Part shown: piece by piece, positions 37,236 to 47,706 of the stretch | How the letters are laid out: the number at the start of each line of letters is the position of its first letter | Numbering within the stretch: the first letter of the stretch is position 1 | NCBI GenBank assembly: GCA_965203885.1 | Contig: OZ241920.1 | Location: 3,858,323 to 3,922,322, forward strand | Reading direction: 5' to 3' | Source of the DNA: a bacterium | Lineage (GTDB): Bacteria > JAAXHH01 | DNA length: 64,000 bases | The notes under the pieces: generated by a model | Databases searched by the model: none | What the model was told of the DNA's origin: nothing | What the model saw: the letters and a program-made list of their open reading frames with translations, nothing else | Position numbers and translations under genes: made by a program

Positions 37236-40005
37236 CTACCGGAACCTGACCTCGACCCGGGTCAGAACGGGGCTGGGTCCGCCATTTGGAGTTGCGAGCC
37301 GGGCGCGGTACTGAAGCCAGGAATCGGACGACTCGCCGCCTGAAACGGGACCCGGCTCCAGGATCCAGCTTCCGGAACCCGGGGAACCTCTCCATGCCGC
37401 CTCCCGGAGGGAATCCTTGCTCTCGGCAGTCCGAATCTGGAGCGCGATTCCCGGTTCCCAAGGGAATCTCCGCATCCCATCCGATGGATACGGGACGGAC
37501 GCCCGGTCCGAACCGGTGCGGCGGAGAGACGTAGGTCTCGGCCAACTCCCGCGTGTAGATGTTCCCCGGGTCGCGGAGCATCTGGCCGTGCGGACCCACG
37601 GTGGGAAGCCAGGTCCTGTCCTGGAGGGAAAAGCCGTCCGGTCCGTTCCAATAGAGGACCGACGGGGTCGTGTGCTGGATGGGTTCCCCGGGGCGATCGA
37701 CGCTTCCGTCCCGCTTGTGGTTGAGCAGGAAGATGTCGGTCCAGCCGTCGCCGTCGAAATCGGCGGCCAGGGAGGCGGTCCCCGAGTCCCCCGGCAGGTC
37801 CAGGCGGCGGTCCGGGTCGAAACCGGAGGCGCTTCCCCAGTAGAGGAAGCAGGGGATGCTCCGGGCGGTGTTGCTGGAGTAGTTGGGCACGAACAGGTCC
37901 AGGAAACCGTCCCGGTCGAAGTCGGCCACGCTGGGGTCCAGGGCCGACATGTGCGGCAGCGGCCGACCCTCTCTCAAACGGAACCCGTCCGCGGAGCCGT
38001 AGTAGATCCGGATCTCCCCTTCCTTGTTCCGGGGATAGTCGTTGACCGGCGCCACCAGGTCCAGCCAACCGTCCGAATTGAAGTCGGCGGTCTCCAGGTA
38101 GGGGACCCTTCCCTTCTCGATCAAGCGGTGATGATTCTTCCGAAACCCTTCCTCCGAACCATAGACCAGGTGCAGGCCGTGCTTGGCGGAGCCACCGGCC
38201 AGGTCCAGGTATCCATCGCGGTTCCAGTCGGCCACCACCGGGGGAAATCCCAGGCCACCGATGGGAATCACCTCGCGCCGCGCAGGGGAGAAACCGGATT
38301 CCCCGCCGTAGAGGATCACGTAGCCGCGGCGGCCGCGGGCGTCGCCTTCGGCGGCGCCGATCACCAGGTCCAGGTAGCCGTCCCGGTTCAGGTCGGCGGT
38401 GACCGCCCCCAATTCCGGGTCCTCAACCGAGAGGACGGCCCGGCGCCGGGGCTCGTAGCCGCCGGCTCCCCCATACCAGACATAGACCCCGTTGAGGGTC
38501 ACCGGCCGGTCCAGCGCGTAGCGGGCCTCGGCCGAGACCAGGTCCACCCAGCCGTCGTCGTCCAGATCGGCCTGGGCGGTGCCCACCGTATAGCCGGCCC
38601 AGAGTTGGCCGCGCCGCCGCGTCGTATAGTTGCGCGTCCCGTCGCCCCAGTAGATGAAGTTGGGGTTGTAGCCGGTCCGGAGCCCCCCTTCCAGGTTGAA
38701 GAAGATCACGTCGGGGCGCCCGTCGTTGTCCACGTCGCCGATGCCGTTGCCATGGGCGCTCCGGGTGTCCAGCATGGATTTGTGGGCCGGGAGGAATTTC
38801 CCTTCCCGGTTCCAGAAGACGAAGGACTGGACGTTCAGGTCGTTGAACGAGTGGTGGTTGCTCACCACCAGCTCGGGCCAGCCGTCCCCGTCCAGATCAC
38901 CGGCGCTGACGCCCCTGGCGTGGACGGTGGCCAGAGGGGTCGGATCGGTCTCGGACAAACGCCCGTCACGGTTCCAGAAGACCAGGGAGTCGGTGTACCC
39001 GTTCCCGCTTCGGTCGGCAGAGGTCACGGCCAGATCCGGTAGCCCGTCCCGATTGAGATCCTGCACCGCCAACTGCCAAGGGTTCTCCACCTGAAGCCGC
39101 TGCCGGACCTTGAACCGGCTCGAAGCCGCCGCCAAGACATGGACCCCCGATTCGACGGCCGCAACCAGCTCGATCCGTCCGTCCCGATCCAGATCGCCCG
39201 CGCCCAGATGCCGTGCCTCCAGATCCAGGACGTGGGGCTTCTCCAGGTCCAACCCATCCTCCCCGGCTGCGTAGACGAAGACGCCGTTTCCGGTGGCCAG
39301 AACCAGATCAAGCGCATCGTCTCCGGCCAGGTCGGCGGCCAGGACCGCCGTTCCGGGCCCGGGGAGTGGGGACCGGCGTTCAGGATCGAACCCATGAGCC
39401 GAATTCCAGTAGACGACCGAGTGGCTCGACTCCTCGTCCCGACCCGGATTGGCGCAAGCGATGGCCAGATCCGGCCATCCATCCCGGTTCCAGTCCCCGA
39501 CGGCGGCTTCCCTCCCGGACCACGATCTCAGTTGCCGGCGCTCGGACACGGGGAACCGTCCCTCGGCCCCGTAGTAGATGAAGCTGTCGGACTTGTTGGT
39601 GGTGCCGCCCGTTCCGTTGACCACCACCACGTCGCTGACGCCGTCCCGGTCCAGGTCGGCCACCAACCCCTCGACCGCCCCGTCCGTCGGGAACGCGATC
39701 CTCCGGAGCGGATCGATGGTCTCGCCGTTGTTCAGGTAGACGTAGGCGTCTTCGTCTTCGCTGTGTCCGTGGCCGTTGGCCACGAACAGATCGATATGAC
39801 CGTCCCGGTTCAGGTCCAAACGGTTGATCAGTTGGATCCGGCCGCGCCGGGAAACGTAGATGTTGGAGCCGGAGTCCCCGAACGTCCCCTGGGAAAAGGC
39901 TTGAAAACCCTCGTGACGCCACACCCGGGCCCAAAGCCGGCCAGCCGCGCCCTCCCCGGCGAGAAAAAAGGCCGCCATCATTGCCACCACAACCTTCAGT
40001 TTCAT
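37236..40005 (-). pseudogene. FG-GAP/VCBS-repeat (ASPIC/UnbV-like) secreted protein with a 1-nt frameshift near 37446-37452
   Basis: It has many DLNRDGxxDL-type repeats and a signal peptide. Frame A reads ...IGWDAEIPLGTG and then junk. Frame B (ORF 37236..37475) continues IALQIRTAESKDSLREAAW...WLQYRARLATPNGGPSPVLTRVEVRFR. Removing one base in GGGAATCG restores ...PLGTGIALQIRT. Confidence 0.75.
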
Positions 40006-40096
40006 TCCCGTTTCCCCTCCCGTGTCTCAAGTCTCTCCCTATCTTCTCTTTTCTCGTTCCTCATTTCCTCTCCCTGCTTTCTGCTACCATCCCGCC

Positions 40097-41341
40097 GTGA
40101 CCGGTTTCGACGCCTTTCTCCACGACGGCGGGGAGCTCACCTGCGAAGGGACTCCCCTGTCACGAATCGCCCGGCAGGCGGGGACTCCGAGCTACGTCTA
40201 CAGCCGCCGGGCGATTCGTGACAGCTACCACCGGCTGAAAGACGCCTTCGCCACGGTGGATCCGTTGATCTGCTACTCCTTGAAGGCCAACGACAACCTC
40301 TCCCTGTTGAGGGTTCTGCAGGAGGAGGGCAGCGGCTTCGACGTGGTTTCGGGAGGAGAGCTCTTTCGGCTGCAGCGGATCGGCGCCGATCCCCGGCGCA
40401 TCGTCTTCAGCGGCGTCGGCAAGACCGTCCAGGAGATGGAGATGGCCCTGGAGTGGGGGCTCTTCAGCATCAACGTCGAGTCCCGGCAGGAATTGGAGAC
40501 CCTGGCCCGGGTCAGCCGGAGGATGGGCCGCGAAGCCCGCGTGGCCGTCAGAATCAATCCGGACGTGGACGCCGGGACCCATCCCTACATCGCCACCGGA
40601 CTGCACCAGCACAAGTTCGGCGTCGAGACGGACCAGATCGACGACCTGTTGGAGATCATCGAAAACTCCCCCGAAATCCGGCTCGTGGGTCTCGGATATC
40701 ACATCGGTTCCCAGATCCTGGACGTCCAGCCGTTTCTGGACGCGTTCGAAAGGCTCAGGGAAGGGGCCGACCGGATCCGGGACCGGGGGTTTCCCCTGGA
40801 ACATCTGGATCTGGGCGGCGGCCTGGGAATCTCCTACCAGGGAGAAACGGGCCCGGATCTTCAACGCTACGCCGGGGCACTGGCTCAAACGGGGGAAGGC
40901 TACCGCATCGTCATGGAGCCGGGACGCTACCTGGTGGGAAACGCCGGCGTCCTGCTGACGCGCGTCCTCTATCGGAAGACCAATCGCGGCAAGGTTTTCC
41001 TGGTGGTGGACGCCGCCATGACCGACCTGCTTCGTCCCAGCCTCTACGGCGCCCGACACCAGATTCTTCCGGTGCGTCCGGATCGATCCTGGATCACGGC
41101 CGACGTGGTGGGGCCGGTCTGCGAGAGCGGCGATTTCCTGGCCCGCGGCCAGCGCGTTCCCGACGCACACCCGGGAGACCTTTTGGCGGTGATGAGCGCC
41201 GGCGCCTACGGTTTTGTCCTATCCTCCAACTATAATTCCAGGCGGCGGGCTGCCGAAGTCCTGGTGGATGGAGATGAGTGGAGAGAGATCCGGGTCAGAG
41301 AATCGTTCGAGGATCTGGTCCGCGGCGAACCGCTTCCCTGA
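40097..41341 (+). CDS. lysA: Diaminopimelate decarboxylase
   Basis: GTPSYVYS, CYSLKAN and GGGLGI motifs are present. The start is placed at the GTG at 40097 (VTGFDAFLHDGGELTCEG). The track start at 40022 would translate a polypyrimidine tract. Confidence 0.85.
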   Translation: MTGFDAFLHDGGELTCEGTPLSRIARQAGTPSYVYSRRAIRDSYHRLKDAFATVDPLICYSLKANDNLSLLRVLQEEGSGFDVVSGGELFRLQRIGADPRRIVFSGVGKTVQEMEMALEWGLFSINVESRQELETLARVSRRMGREARVAVRINPDVDAGTHPYIATGLHQHKFGVETDQIDDLLEIIENSPEIRLVGLGYHIGSQILDVQPFLDAFERLREGADRIRDRGFPLEHLDLGGGLGISYQGETGPDLQRYAGALAQTGEGYRIVMEPGRYLVGNAGVLLTRVLYRKTNRGKVFLVVDAAMTDLLRPSLYGARHQILPVRPDRSWITADVVGPVCESGDFLARGQRVPDAHPGDLLAVMSAGAYGFVLSSNYNSRRRAAEVLVDGDEWREIRVRESFEDLVRGEPLP

Positions 41342-41466
41342 CGGCCTTCGCCGAAATTCGTGCCGTCGCTTTTCCGGCGGTCGTTCCAGAAGACATCGCA
41401 GGGTTGACGGGGGCCGGGCCGGATCTCGGAATGGTCCTCCAGATGCTTTGTTTGCCTGGGATTGGT

Positions 41467-41496
41467 TTGACCGGAACGTGGCCGGTTCAATATCAT
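41467..41496 (+). promoter_or_regulatory. Candidate sigma70-type promoter
   Basis: TTGACC-N18-TATCAT lies about 50 nt upstream of the 41546 start, which itself has a GAGGAG 9 nt upstream. Confidence 0.35.
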
Positions 41497-41545
41497 GCCG
41501 AGTCAAATGGCGTTCCCGCTACGATAATTCGCGAGGAGCCGGGCC

Positions 41546-42619
41546 TTGTCCCTGGAAACTGACGTAACGCTGGAGATCGAACCCGAATCCCGCGTGGACG
41601 TGATCAACGTCCGGGAACGGATTCCGGATCGGATCCGCTCCCGGTTTTCCAGGTATTCCAAGGCGGTCTACTACTCCTACCACACCACGGCCGGCTACTT
41701 CGGTGAGAAGCTCTCGGCCCAGTTGAATCATAGCGGCGAGGCCCTGCGCGACTTCGTGCAGATGTTCCAGACCCTCTTCCCTTCCCGGCGGGGATACCGC
41801 CACGACCAGATGGAACTGCGCACCGAGTTGAGCCGGGAGCAGAAGGTCACGGAGCCGCATAACGCCGACTCCCACCTCACCTTCATCAGTTCCGGCCTCA
41901 CCAATTGCGCGACCTATGAGAATCGCGACGATACTCCCGTCTACTTCGTGGACCTGGACGGCATCTGGAACGATGTCCGGCGCCGGCGCCGGACCACGGT
42001 GCTGGCTTTCAACGAGGAACAGGTGGTGGCTCGCGTGGGCCTCCCGGTCCCCGTGTCCCGTCACCCCATCGATTCCATCAACCTGATGGATCCCAACCTC
42101 GGTTTCTTCTCCCGGCTTCAGGATCTGATCCGCGAGCATCAGGTCGACCGGGGGCGCATCGACATCTCCCTGGCCCCGGAAGAACGGAATGCGGGCCTCA
42201 CCGTGAACGAGTACGAGACCCTGCTGATGAAACACGATCTGGCCAGGGTCCTGAGAAATCCCCTGCATTTCATGGCGAAGAGCGGCCGGCAGATGCTGGG
42301 AAACCCCAGGGCCATTCCGGGGAGGGCCAGGGATTACGCCAAGTACGATCTGGTTCAGGTGATCAATCAGGCCGTGGACGCCCTGGGATTGAGCGAATCG
42401 GTCTTCGAACGCCTGCTGCAGAGGTTCGTCAGGGCGCCCGCCGATCACTTCCTGGGCATGGACCGCTCATTGATCCTGCTGGTCTCCAATGCCCATGCCA
42501 ACGGGAGCGGACGCGGCTCCATCGTCAATGGAATCTACCAGAGTCCCATCCTGGTGCAATGGGACCGGCCCGAATCCGAAACGCGGCGCCTGGAGATCTC
42601 CCTGGTCCGATTCGACTGA
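41546..42619 (+). CDS. Hypothetical protein with an N-terminal YjbQ/UPF0047-like domain
   Basis: 357 aa with YHTTAGYFGE, YRHDQ and NADSHLTFISSGLT, which resemble the UPF0047 signature. The C-terminal 200 aa are unassigned. Confidence 0.5.
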   Translation: MSLETDVTLEIEPESRVDVINVRERIPDRIRSRFSRYSKAVYYSYHTTAGYFGEKLSAQLNHSGEALRDFVQMFQTLFPSRRGYRHDQMELRTELSREQKVTEPHNADSHLTFISSGLTNCATYENRDDTPVYFVDLDGIWNDVRRRRRTTVLAFNEEQVVARVGLPVPVSRHPIDSINLMDPNLGFFSRLQDLIREHQVDRGRIDISLAPEERNAGLTVNEYETLLMKHDLARVLRNPLHFMAKSGRQMLGNPRAIPGRARDYAKYDLVQVINQAVDALGLSESVFERLLQRFVRAPADHFLGMDRSLILLVSNAHANGSGRGSIVNGIYQSPILVQWDRPESETRRLEISLVRFD

Positions 42620-42620
42620 T

Positions 42621-43538
42621 TCAATAGCCGCCCGTGCGGACCCACTCCAGAATCGTCCGGTAGGACGAGGACTCGCCGCTCCATCGAACGCCTCCGCCGT
42701 GTTGGCCGGAGCCCGACGCCTGAGTGCCCTTGGGAGGCTTCTCCCGCGTCGGCTTCAGCAACAGCAGGCTCCGCTCCGGCCGCTTCAGATCAACGACCCG
42801 CAACGCCGAACGATAGTAACTCCGCACCTCTTCCGGCCCGGCCCGTTCCTGCGCCGGCTCCAGGCGGAAGATGACGTGCGACTTGTGGCAGTCGAAGCAG
42901 GCCTTGTCATCGGCTCCGGACTTCTCCAGCAGCGGCAGCACGCGGTCCCGAAAGAACTCGAGGGAAGGGAGTGTCAGATCCGTCGCCAGGCCCTCTTCCG
43001 GGAGGTGGGTCAGGCTTTCCGCGACCGCCGGGAGGCCGCGCAGTTCAGACCGGCTTCGAACCAATGCGAGCGCCGACTCCGCCAGTGCGGGATCCGGGGC
43101 CCTCAACGCCTCGCTCAGGAGACTCACGAAACGGAGATCCTGCAATCGTACCGGTTTTTCCCGAGCCAACTGCAGTATCGCCTTGCGCTTCCACGCGTCC
43201 TGGCTGCGAAAGGCCAGACTCAACCGCCTCCGGATCATGGCGAAGGATTCCAGTCGCGGCGCCTCGAGACAGAGGCCGACGGCCGCCCGGAAGATTTCGG
43301 GATCCTTGGAGGCCAGGGACCGGAAGACCTTGATCTGAACCGGGCGGCGATCCAGCAATTCGGGAAACGCAGCCACCGCCCGGAACTCCCCCGCCCCGGC
43401 CTCGTCTGCCAGAAACAACCGCTCCACGGCGGCCGGATCCTCTTGGCCGGCCGCCGTCAACAGGAGAGGCCCCGCCCCCAACCCGGAAATCGCCAGCGCT
43501 GCAAGCGGCAAAAGAACCAGAAGACCCATCGTGACCAC
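42621..43538 (-). CDS. Secreted hypothetical protein with one CxxCH haem-binding motif
   Basis: 305 aa with a signal peptide (LLVLLPLAALAISG) and CFDCHKSH near the C-terminus. Confidence 0.55.
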   Translation of the reverse strand: MVTMGLLVLLPLAALAISGLGAGPLLLTAAGQEDPAAVERLFLADEAGAGEFRAVAAFPELLDRRPVQIKVFRSLASKDPEIFRAAVGLCLEAPRLESFAMIRRRLSLAFRSQDAWKRKAILQLAREKPVRLQDLRFVSLLSEALRAPDPALAESALALVRSRSELRGLPAVAESLTHLPEEGLATDLTLPSLEFFRDRVLPLLEKSGADDKACFDCHKSHVIFRLEPAQERAGPEEVRSYYRSALRVVDLKRPERSLLLLKPTREKPPKGTQASGSGQHGGGVRWSGESSSYRTILEWVRTGGY

Positions 43539-43716
43539 CGCGTCGAAAGCACTCTAGCAGCCCGTGGCAAAAGTCGTCACGGCATTCGACCGTCCCTGCA
43601 TCCCGGCGGACTGCGTTGCCATCGGCCCACATACTCCTGGTATGCTCCCGAATCGCGCCTTGTCCGGCGGGCGCAGGAACGGACCCGGTGCTCGTGAGAC
43701 TTTCACCACGGGCTGC

Positions 43717-43897
43717 TAGTGTGCCGTCCCGCAAATACATGTATTCGTAGCGGATCGAGCCTCGATTTCGAATCCCCGTAGGGGCACCCCTTGTGGGTGC
43801 CCTCTTCGGTCCAAGTCACGCCATCAGTACCAAGCTCCCCCCGGGACGACTCGGCCGCCGTTGTCGGACGGGCGACCACAAGGGTCGCCCCTACGTC
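43717..43897. repeat. Bipartite REP/MITE-like element, copy 3 (inverted relative to copy 1)
   Basis: GTAGGGGCACCCCTTGTGGGTGCCC (43778..43802) and GGGCGACCACAAGGGTCGCCCCTAC (43870..43894). The whole 181 bp matches the reverse complement of 5135..5315. Confidence 0.8.
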
Positions 43898-44096
43898 TTT
43901 TTGAGGGACATCACTCTAGCAGGAAATCTCGCTGACAGATTCCCCATGGCCGGAATCCTCTTCTTTTCTCCTCCCCGCCCCGGCAGGTCAGAGCCGTTTG
44001 TTATTTTGCAGGCCGTAGGTTGGTGAATTGCCGGTTGGACCATCGGGGAAACCAGTCCGGTCCCGAACCGTGACTGACACTCTGGAGGAAAGAGCC

Positions 44097-45524
44097 ATGT
44101 CCCTCAACCGAACCCTGACCATTGTGCTGATTGCAGCTTCGCTGCTCCTGGGCTTGCCTGGCCTGCGCGGGCAAGAGGAGCAACGGGATGTCGATGGACT
44201 CATCTTCGACCTGAGACACCCGGAGTTGGACCGAAGAAAGACGGCCGTCGTGGGGCTGGGAAAGCATCGGATCCGGCGGGCTGTTCCGGAACTGTCGCGG
44301 CTGGTCAAGGATCCGGACGATCTCCTCCGAGCGGCGCTGGCGCGGGCTCTGATCAAGATCGCTGACGTCAGCACTCTACCGGCTCTGATGACCCTCTGCC
44401 ACGATTCCAGGGAGCAGACGCAACTCCTGGCGATTCAAGGACTGATCAGGCTCTATGTGAACCTTCCCGACGGCTTTTTTCACGGCATGAAACGCGTCGT
44501 CGATTTCATGAACCCCGTGGACGATGACTACAACCCCTTGGTCGTGGAACCTTACGTTTCCGTCAGCCCGGAAGCGATCGACACGCTGGGAACTCTGCTG
44601 AGTGACTCGGACGCGGACATCCGCAGGAACGCCGCGCTCGCGCTGGGAATCCTTCGCGGCCACCCAGCCCTGCCTGCCCTCCAGGACGCCCTGGAGGTGG
44701 AACCGGAGAACGGCGTGAAGCTGGAGATGATCCGCGCCTTTTACAAGATCGGCGTTCCGGAAGGGGGCGTCACGCTGACTCCCCTGATCTGGGACCGGGA
44801 CAAGAAGGTCCATGACGAAGCCATCTTCACGCTGGGACGCCTGAAGGTGGAATCCGCAGTTCCGGCGTTGACGGAGCTCTACAACAGCGGCGTCACCGAG
44901 CGGAAGAAAATTCTCGGCGGACTGGTCCCGGTGAGTCGAAACGACGACCTGACGCGAAAGACCCTGGAGGCGCTCGCCCATATCGGCGATCCTCGCTCCC
45001 AGTCAATATTCATGGAGGCGATCGAGGACGAGAGAGCGGCCTTCCGCCGGTACGGCGCCGAGGGCCTGGGCCGAATCGGAGACTCGAGCCACATCCCCAC
45101 GTTGACGGGCATGTTTCGCGGTGATGAAGAGCCGGAGGTGCTCCTGGCGATCAGCTTCGCCCTTTTCCGCCTGGGTGGGGACGCGCATCTCCCCGAACTG
45201 GTGGACCGGATCAATACCGATCAGGCCTACTTCTACCTGCTGGAACTGGCACCTGAGGAGGTCCCCAAGCTCCATCCCCTGCTTCCGATCCACACCAGGG
45301 AACCCGCGATCCAAGTCCGCCTCCTGAACGTGATCGGTCAGCGCGGCGACGCTTCTTCCCTGGAGGTGGTGGAGCCCCTGACCCGGAGCGACAACGCCGA
45401 CGTGATCTCCTCGGCTAACGTTGCTCTGAGGCGGCTGCAGGGCCGGCATCCGGGCGCGTCCTTGAGTTCCATGGTGGTCGCCCCCGACGCCACCGGCGAC
45501 GGTGACGGCGTTCCGGTGAACTGA
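44097..45524 (+). CDS. HEAT-repeat protein
   Basis: The ATG at 44097 has GGAGGAAAGAGCC upstream. A signal-like N-terminus is followed by repeated ...AALALG.L....ALPAL... units. Confidence 0.7.
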   Translation: MSLNRTLTIVLIAASLLLGLPGLRGQEEQRDVDGLIFDLRHPELDRRKTAVVGLGKHRIRRAVPELSRLVKDPDDLLRAALARALIKIADVSTLPALMTLCHDSREQTQLLAIQGLIRLYVNLPDGFFHGMKRVVDFMNPVDDDYNPLVVEPYVSVSPEAIDTLGTLLSDSDADIRRNAALALGILRGHPALPALQDALEVEPENGVKLEMIRAFYKIGVPEGGVTLTPLIWDRDKKVHDEAIFTLGRLKVESAVPALTELYNSGVTERKKILGGLVPVSRNDDLTRKTLEALAHIGDPRSQSIFMEAIEDERAAFRRYGAEGLGRIGDSSHIPTLTGMFRGDEEPEVLLAISFALFRLGGDAHLPELVDRINTDQAYFYLLELAPEEVPKLHPLLPIHTREPAIQVRLLNVIGQRGDASSLEVVEPLTRSDNADVISSANVALRRLQGRHPGASLSSMVVAPDATGDGDGVPVN

Positions 45525-45542
45525 CCGAGACAGCGGCGAGAT

Positions 45543-47012
45543 TCAGTCCAGTCCCAACTGGGGCCAGAGCCGGTCCACCTGTTCCCGGATCTCCTGATCC
45601 ATGACGATCTCGTCGGGCCAGTCCCTCTGGAACCCTTCTTCCGGCCACTTCCGAGTGGCGTCGATCCCCATCTTGGAACCGAAGTTGGGCATGCGGGCGG
45701 CGTGGTCCAGGGAGTCGACGGGGCCCAGCGTGAACTGGATGTCCCGCTCGGGATCGATGTGGTTGAGGGCCCTCCAGACGACCTCCGGGTAGTTGCTGAG
45801 ATCGACCTCCTCGTCCAGCACCAGGATGCACTTGGAAAACATGGCCTGCCCCATGCCCCAGATCGCGCTCATGATCTTGCGGGCGTGTCCCGGGTAGCGT
45901 TTCCGGATCCGGACCAGGACCAGGTTGTGGAAGATGCCCTCGAAGGGCATGTGCATGTCCAGGATCTCCGGGAGCTGCTTTCGGATCAGGGGCAGGAAGA
46001 TCCGTTCCACGGCATAACCCATGTAACAGTCCTCCTGGGGAGGCTTGCCCACGATGATGGTCTGGTAGATGGGGTTCCGGCGGTGCGTGACGCAGGTCAC
46101 GTGAAAGACCGGATACTCGTCGGCCAGGGAATAGTAGCCGGTGTGATCGCCGAAGGGCCCTTCGGTCCGGAGCTCGTCCAGGTTCACGTACCCTTCCAGG
46201 ACGATCTCCGCGTTGGCCGGGACCTCCAGGTCGACGGTCTTGCAGGCGGTCATCTCCACCGGGGAACGCCGCAGGAACCCGGCGAACATCATCTCGTCCA
46301 GGTCGTCGGGCAGGGGCGCGATGGCGGAGAAGACGGTGGCCGGATCCGCGCCAATGGCGGCAGCCACTTCCATGCGCCTGCCATCCTCCTCCGCGCCGCC
46401 GAGCCGGACGGCCTCCCGAAAATGTTGGGCGCCGTGCTTGTGGGTCTGCCAGTGCATGGCCGTGGTCCGTTCGTCGAAGATCTGCATTCGGTACATGCCG
46501 CAGTTGCGCTTTCCCGTCTGCGGGTTCTTGCTGAAGACCAGGGGCATGGTGATGAAGCGGCCGCCGTCCCCGGGCCAGCACTGGAGAATGGGGAAATCGA
46601 GCAGCGAGAAGTCTTCCGTCCTGACCACCTCCTGGCAGACGCCGCGGCGTACCATCTTGGGTGTCAGGGATGCCAATTCGGTCAGCTTGGGAAGCAGCTT
46701 CAGCTTGTCCATCGCACCCGACGGGGCCTTCAGGTCCAGCAGGGCCTCGATCCGATCCGCAATCCGGTCCATGGAATCGACGCCCAGGGCCAGATTCATC
46801 CGGTTGTAGGAACCGAGGGCATTGATGAGCAGCGGATGCTTCGACCCTCTGGGATTCTCGAAGAGCAAGGCGGGCCCCATGCGCTTGGAGACCCGATCCG
46901 TGATCTCGGCGATCTCCAGCACCGGATCCACCGGGGTGCCGATGCGTCTCAGTTCTCCCTGCTTTTCCAGGACTTGGACAAACGCTCTCAGATCCCGGTG
47001 CGGGTACTTCAT
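45543..47012 (-). CDS. UbiD-family decarboxylase (menaquinone/ubiquinone biosynthesis type)
   Basis: 489 aa, colinear with the UbiD family (MKYPHRDLRAFVQVLEKQGELRRI...). Confidence 0.8.
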   Translation of the reverse strand: MKYPHRDLRAFVQVLEKQGELRRIGTPVDPVLEIAEITDRVSKRMGPALLFENPRGSKHPLLINALGSYNRMNLALGVDSMDRIADRIEALLDLKAPSGAMDKLKLLPKLTELASLTPKMVRRGVCQEVVRTEDFSLLDFPILQCWPGDGGRFITMPLVFSKNPQTGKRNCGMYRMQIFDERTTAMHWQTHKHGAQHFREAVRLGGAEEDGRRMEVAAAIGADPATVFSAIAPLPDDLDEMMFAGFLRRSPVEMTACKTVDLEVPANAEIVLEGYVNLDELRTEGPFGDHTGYYSLADEYPVFHVTCVTHRRNPIYQTIIVGKPPQEDCYMGYAVERIFLPLIRKQLPEILDMHMPFEGIFHNLVLVRIRKRYPGHARKIMSAIWGMGQAMFSKCILVLDEEVDLSNYPEVVWRALNHIDPERDIQFTLGPVDSLDHAARMPNFGSKMGIDATRKWPEEGFQRDWPDEIVMDQEIREQVDRLWPQLGLD

Positions 47013-47404
47013 TTCAGCCCCACCTTCCGCAGGAGATCCTCCAGTTCCTGCTGGAATGCCTCGCGGTTCAGTTCGCGCCTCTCTTCGGGTCCGTCCACCC
47101 GAAACAATTCCGCCTGCCGGATCACCCGCGCAGGTGAGGGCAAGCCTCTCAACTCACTCAAGGCGAGGAACCGGCCATAGTTGTTGGAGCGTTCCAAGCC
47201 CCCCGAACTCACCAGGATGAAACCGGTATCGGAGCTCCCCAGCCGAACCTGGCAATCCCGCAACCGGCAATAGTCGGAAATCTCTTCAAGGGTCATGGCC
47301 AACAGCCGGTTATTCTCCAACGCGGCCCATTCCAGGTCAAACGACGAGGAGCAAGCGGCGACATGGAGCGGCGTCATTCTTGGCGCCGTCTTGCGACCTC
47401 GCAT
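47009..47404 (-). CDS. Hypothetical protein
   Basis: 131 aa. Its stop overlaps the UbiD start by 4 nt. No domain was recognised. The start may be the M at 47377. Confidence 0.45.
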   Translation of the reverse strand: MRGRKTAPRMTPLHVAACSSSFDLEWAALENNRLLAMTLEEISDYCRLRDCQVRLGSSDTGFILVSSGGLERSNNYGRFLALSELRGLPSPARVIRQAELFRVDGPEERRELNREAFQQELEDLLRKVGLK

Positions 47405-47706
47405 TCAAGAAAAACCGGGCGGGCGCATCGTCTCTCCCTTCCCCGGTTCGTTCTCTTCCCGCAGCGCGAAAAAGAGCGAAAGGACCGACCTTCCTCCGAA
47501 GCAAAGCATCAAGACGCCCAACCGCCGAGCTTCGAAGCCACCCAACGCTCGAAAGAGGGCGCCAAGACTGACGCCCCTCCAAACGACAAGCGACGGTTTT
47601 CCAGCCTCCGAACTCCAGCGTACCAATGGCGCCGGGCGGGAACGGACGAGTGGAAAACGATTCTCCTGTCTTTTCTGAGGTTCTCAACCCGGCTACCCTG
47701 TGAACC

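Noticed and set aside
40022-40096. The extended lysA start at 40022 given by the ORF track.
   Set aside because: It would add 25 residues translated from a polypyrimidine tract (SQVSPYLLFSRSSFPLPAFCYHPA) that have no counterpart in LysA. The GTG at 40097 gives the canonical N-terminus.
47405-47706. A 300-nt ORF-free divergent intergenic region examined for a structured RNA (6S, SRP, tmRNA, RNase P).
   Set aside because: I found no end-to-end closing stem, no SRP GGAA/AGCA motif in the right order, no tmRNA tag or acceptor end, and no RNase P GAGGAAAGUCC box. Only short local hairpins are present (e.g. GAGGGCG...CGCCCCTC). A covariance-model scan is needed before any claim.
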